DNA from: Paramicrosporidium saccamoebae KSL3
Lineage: Eukaryota > Fungi > Cryptomycota
DNA length: 32,000 bases
Reading direction: 5' to 3'
NCBI GenBank assembly: GCA_002794465.1
Contig: MTSL01000093.1
Coordinates: 19,485-51,484, forward strand
Positions 30,967 through 32,000 of the stretch are shown here, piece after piece (within the stretch, counting starts at the first letter, position 1; every line of letters begins with the position of its first letter). The notes beneath the pieces were generated by a model that did no database searches, was not told the DNA's origin, and was given only the letters and a program-made list of their open reading frames with translations. A program made the position numbers and the translations under genes.

Positions 30967-31432
30967 TTATATTTGTACATTATATTCTGCAAAGTACGTA
31001 TCAAGAATCTGATTGAACCGATCCCACTTTTCCCTTTCGAACCGGTCCTTTCCAGACTCGGTAGTCTTGACTGTCATTTTGAGCGATTTGAGGTCGTTCT
31101 TCAGGTTTGAAATTTGCGCTTCGTAGCGAGTCTTTTGTTCTATCATGAGTGCTTGCCATAGTTCCGCATCATCGGGCGTCTGTTTTGGTGGCTCGATATC
31201 CAAAGCCAGCGCTTCATGGCTCCACTTTTGCGTCTTGATGCCGGCAAGTTCGACTTTGTCAAGAAATGACTCGTCCAAAATGGACAGTCCTTCCAGTCCA
31301 TCGGCCATATCAAACTGGTCCTCATCCTTGTCAATCGCACGCATGACGCTCTGTAGCGTCGTGTCCCCCTAACAGTCAGTAATATGGAGACGCTACAAAT
31401 TCCACGCCATCCAGTGTTACTTTTCCCGGCAT
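30967..31432 (-). CDS. Hypothetical acidic/coiled-coil protein, 2 exons, ~145 aa
   Basis: ATG 31432 plus intron 31369-31396 (28 nt, TACTGAC branch site) joins MPGKVTLDGVEF in frame to GDTTLQSVMRAID...EREKWDRFNQILDTYF. No family recognised. Confidence 0.7.
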
Positions 31433-31464
31433 TTGAATCTGTGGAACACTCCCATTGGCTGTCC

Positions 31465-32000
31465 ATGCTTTTAGTCCGCCGGTTCTCTTGGTGTCGGACC
31501 TTTGCCACTGCATCCGTTCCGGACCAAGTCGCCCTTCGGAAGGCTAATCGCATTGTGACAGAAACGACCGCCAAGAGTAAGCTCGACAAGACGGCCCGTC
31601 CGTTTAACACTTTACTGGCGAATTACTATCCTCTCAAGAAAATCCACGGGGTGAGCTCGGTAAAACGTGAAGGGTTGGGATTCGGGTTACGAGAGCAAGA
31701 CTTGGAAGCGACAGGAGCCAATAACCAGACGATGGAGCGATTGTTGTCACTGGAGATGAACTGCCAGGAAGAGCTTAAGAAGAGTAAGATGCAGCAGGCG
31801 ATGGAAATGTTTTGTCGGGGTGTTAACGATACGGGATCTCCGGAGGTTCAGGCTGCCGTTTGGTCCGTAAGGATTGCTGTGCTGGAAAACCATGCCCGTC
31901 AGTATAAGCACGATTATGTTGCTGAACGCAAAATTGTCTATTACAAGGACCAACGTCGAAAGATTCTGCGTTATTTGAAGCGTGTCTCTTTGGAGAGATA
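31465..32000 (+). CDS. MRPS15: Mitochondrial ribosomal protein uS15m (partial, runs off the window; absent from the ORF track)
   Basis: Open frame from ATG 31465 to the window end. Presequence-like MLLVRRFSWCRTF, then NDTGSPEVQAAVWSVRI...HDY...RRKILRYLKRVSLER (S15 signature). Confidence 0.92.
   Translation, partial: MLLVRRFSWCRTFATASVPDQVALRKANRIVTETTAKSKLDKTARPFNTLLANYYPLKKIHGVSSVKREGLGFGLREQDLEATGANNQTMERLLSLEMNCQEELKKSKMQQAMEMFCRGVNDTGSPEVQAAVWSVRIAVLENHARQYKHDYVAERKIVYYKDQRRKILRYLKRVSLER

Noticed and set aside
338-31953. The many 60-200 aa antisense or alternative-frame ORFs in the ORF track (e.g. 3573-4145, 13144-13746, 24965-25546, 29786-30301, 31143-31610)
   Set aside because: They overlap well-supported genes and show no recognisable motifs; shadow ORFs.
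1-32000. Selenoprotein gene or SECIS element within the window
   Set aside because: No reconstructed gene needs an in-frame UGA, and no convincing SECIS (AUGA/GA quartet with an 11-13 bp helix and apical AA) was seen by eye.
1-32000. Transposons, rRNA, snRNA or other tRNA genes
   Set aside because: No transposase/RT motifs, terminal repeats, rRNA or snRNA signatures, or further cloverleaves were found by eye; small RNAs could have been missed.

Overview
Gene-dense eukaryotic genomic DNA, not prokaryotic. It holds about 23 protein-coding genes (two cut by the window edges) split by very small spliceosomal introns: 30 inferred, 29 of them 28-37 nt and one 45 nt. Intergenic gaps are often under 60 nt. 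The mix of fungal-like and animal-like gene features suggests a compact-genome early-diverging fungus (Rozellomycota-like) or a related opisthokont; this is inference only. Genes: P4-ATPase flippase, Srp1-like SR protein, Rpp40-like, TAD2, PIG-U/GAB1, SDS3, a GT10 fucosyltransferase, MGR2/Romo1, a PPR protein, a short COG7-like protein, an APC/LAT amino-acid permease, LAS1, a TRF-like Myb protein, a UAS-UBX protein, an LRRC58-like LRR protein, Mis18 with an AT-hook, a PAS-kinase-family kinase, two tandem PGAP1/BST1 paralogs, ZNG1/CobW, an orphan and uS15m. The standout, invisible in the ORF track, is an intact 87-nt selenocysteine tRNA gene (anticodon UCA, eukaryotic 9/4 fold, G73, oligo-T terminator) at 29493-29579 on the minus strand, implying selenocysteine decoding in this lineage. 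All gene models and family calls were made by eye from motifs; no searches were run.
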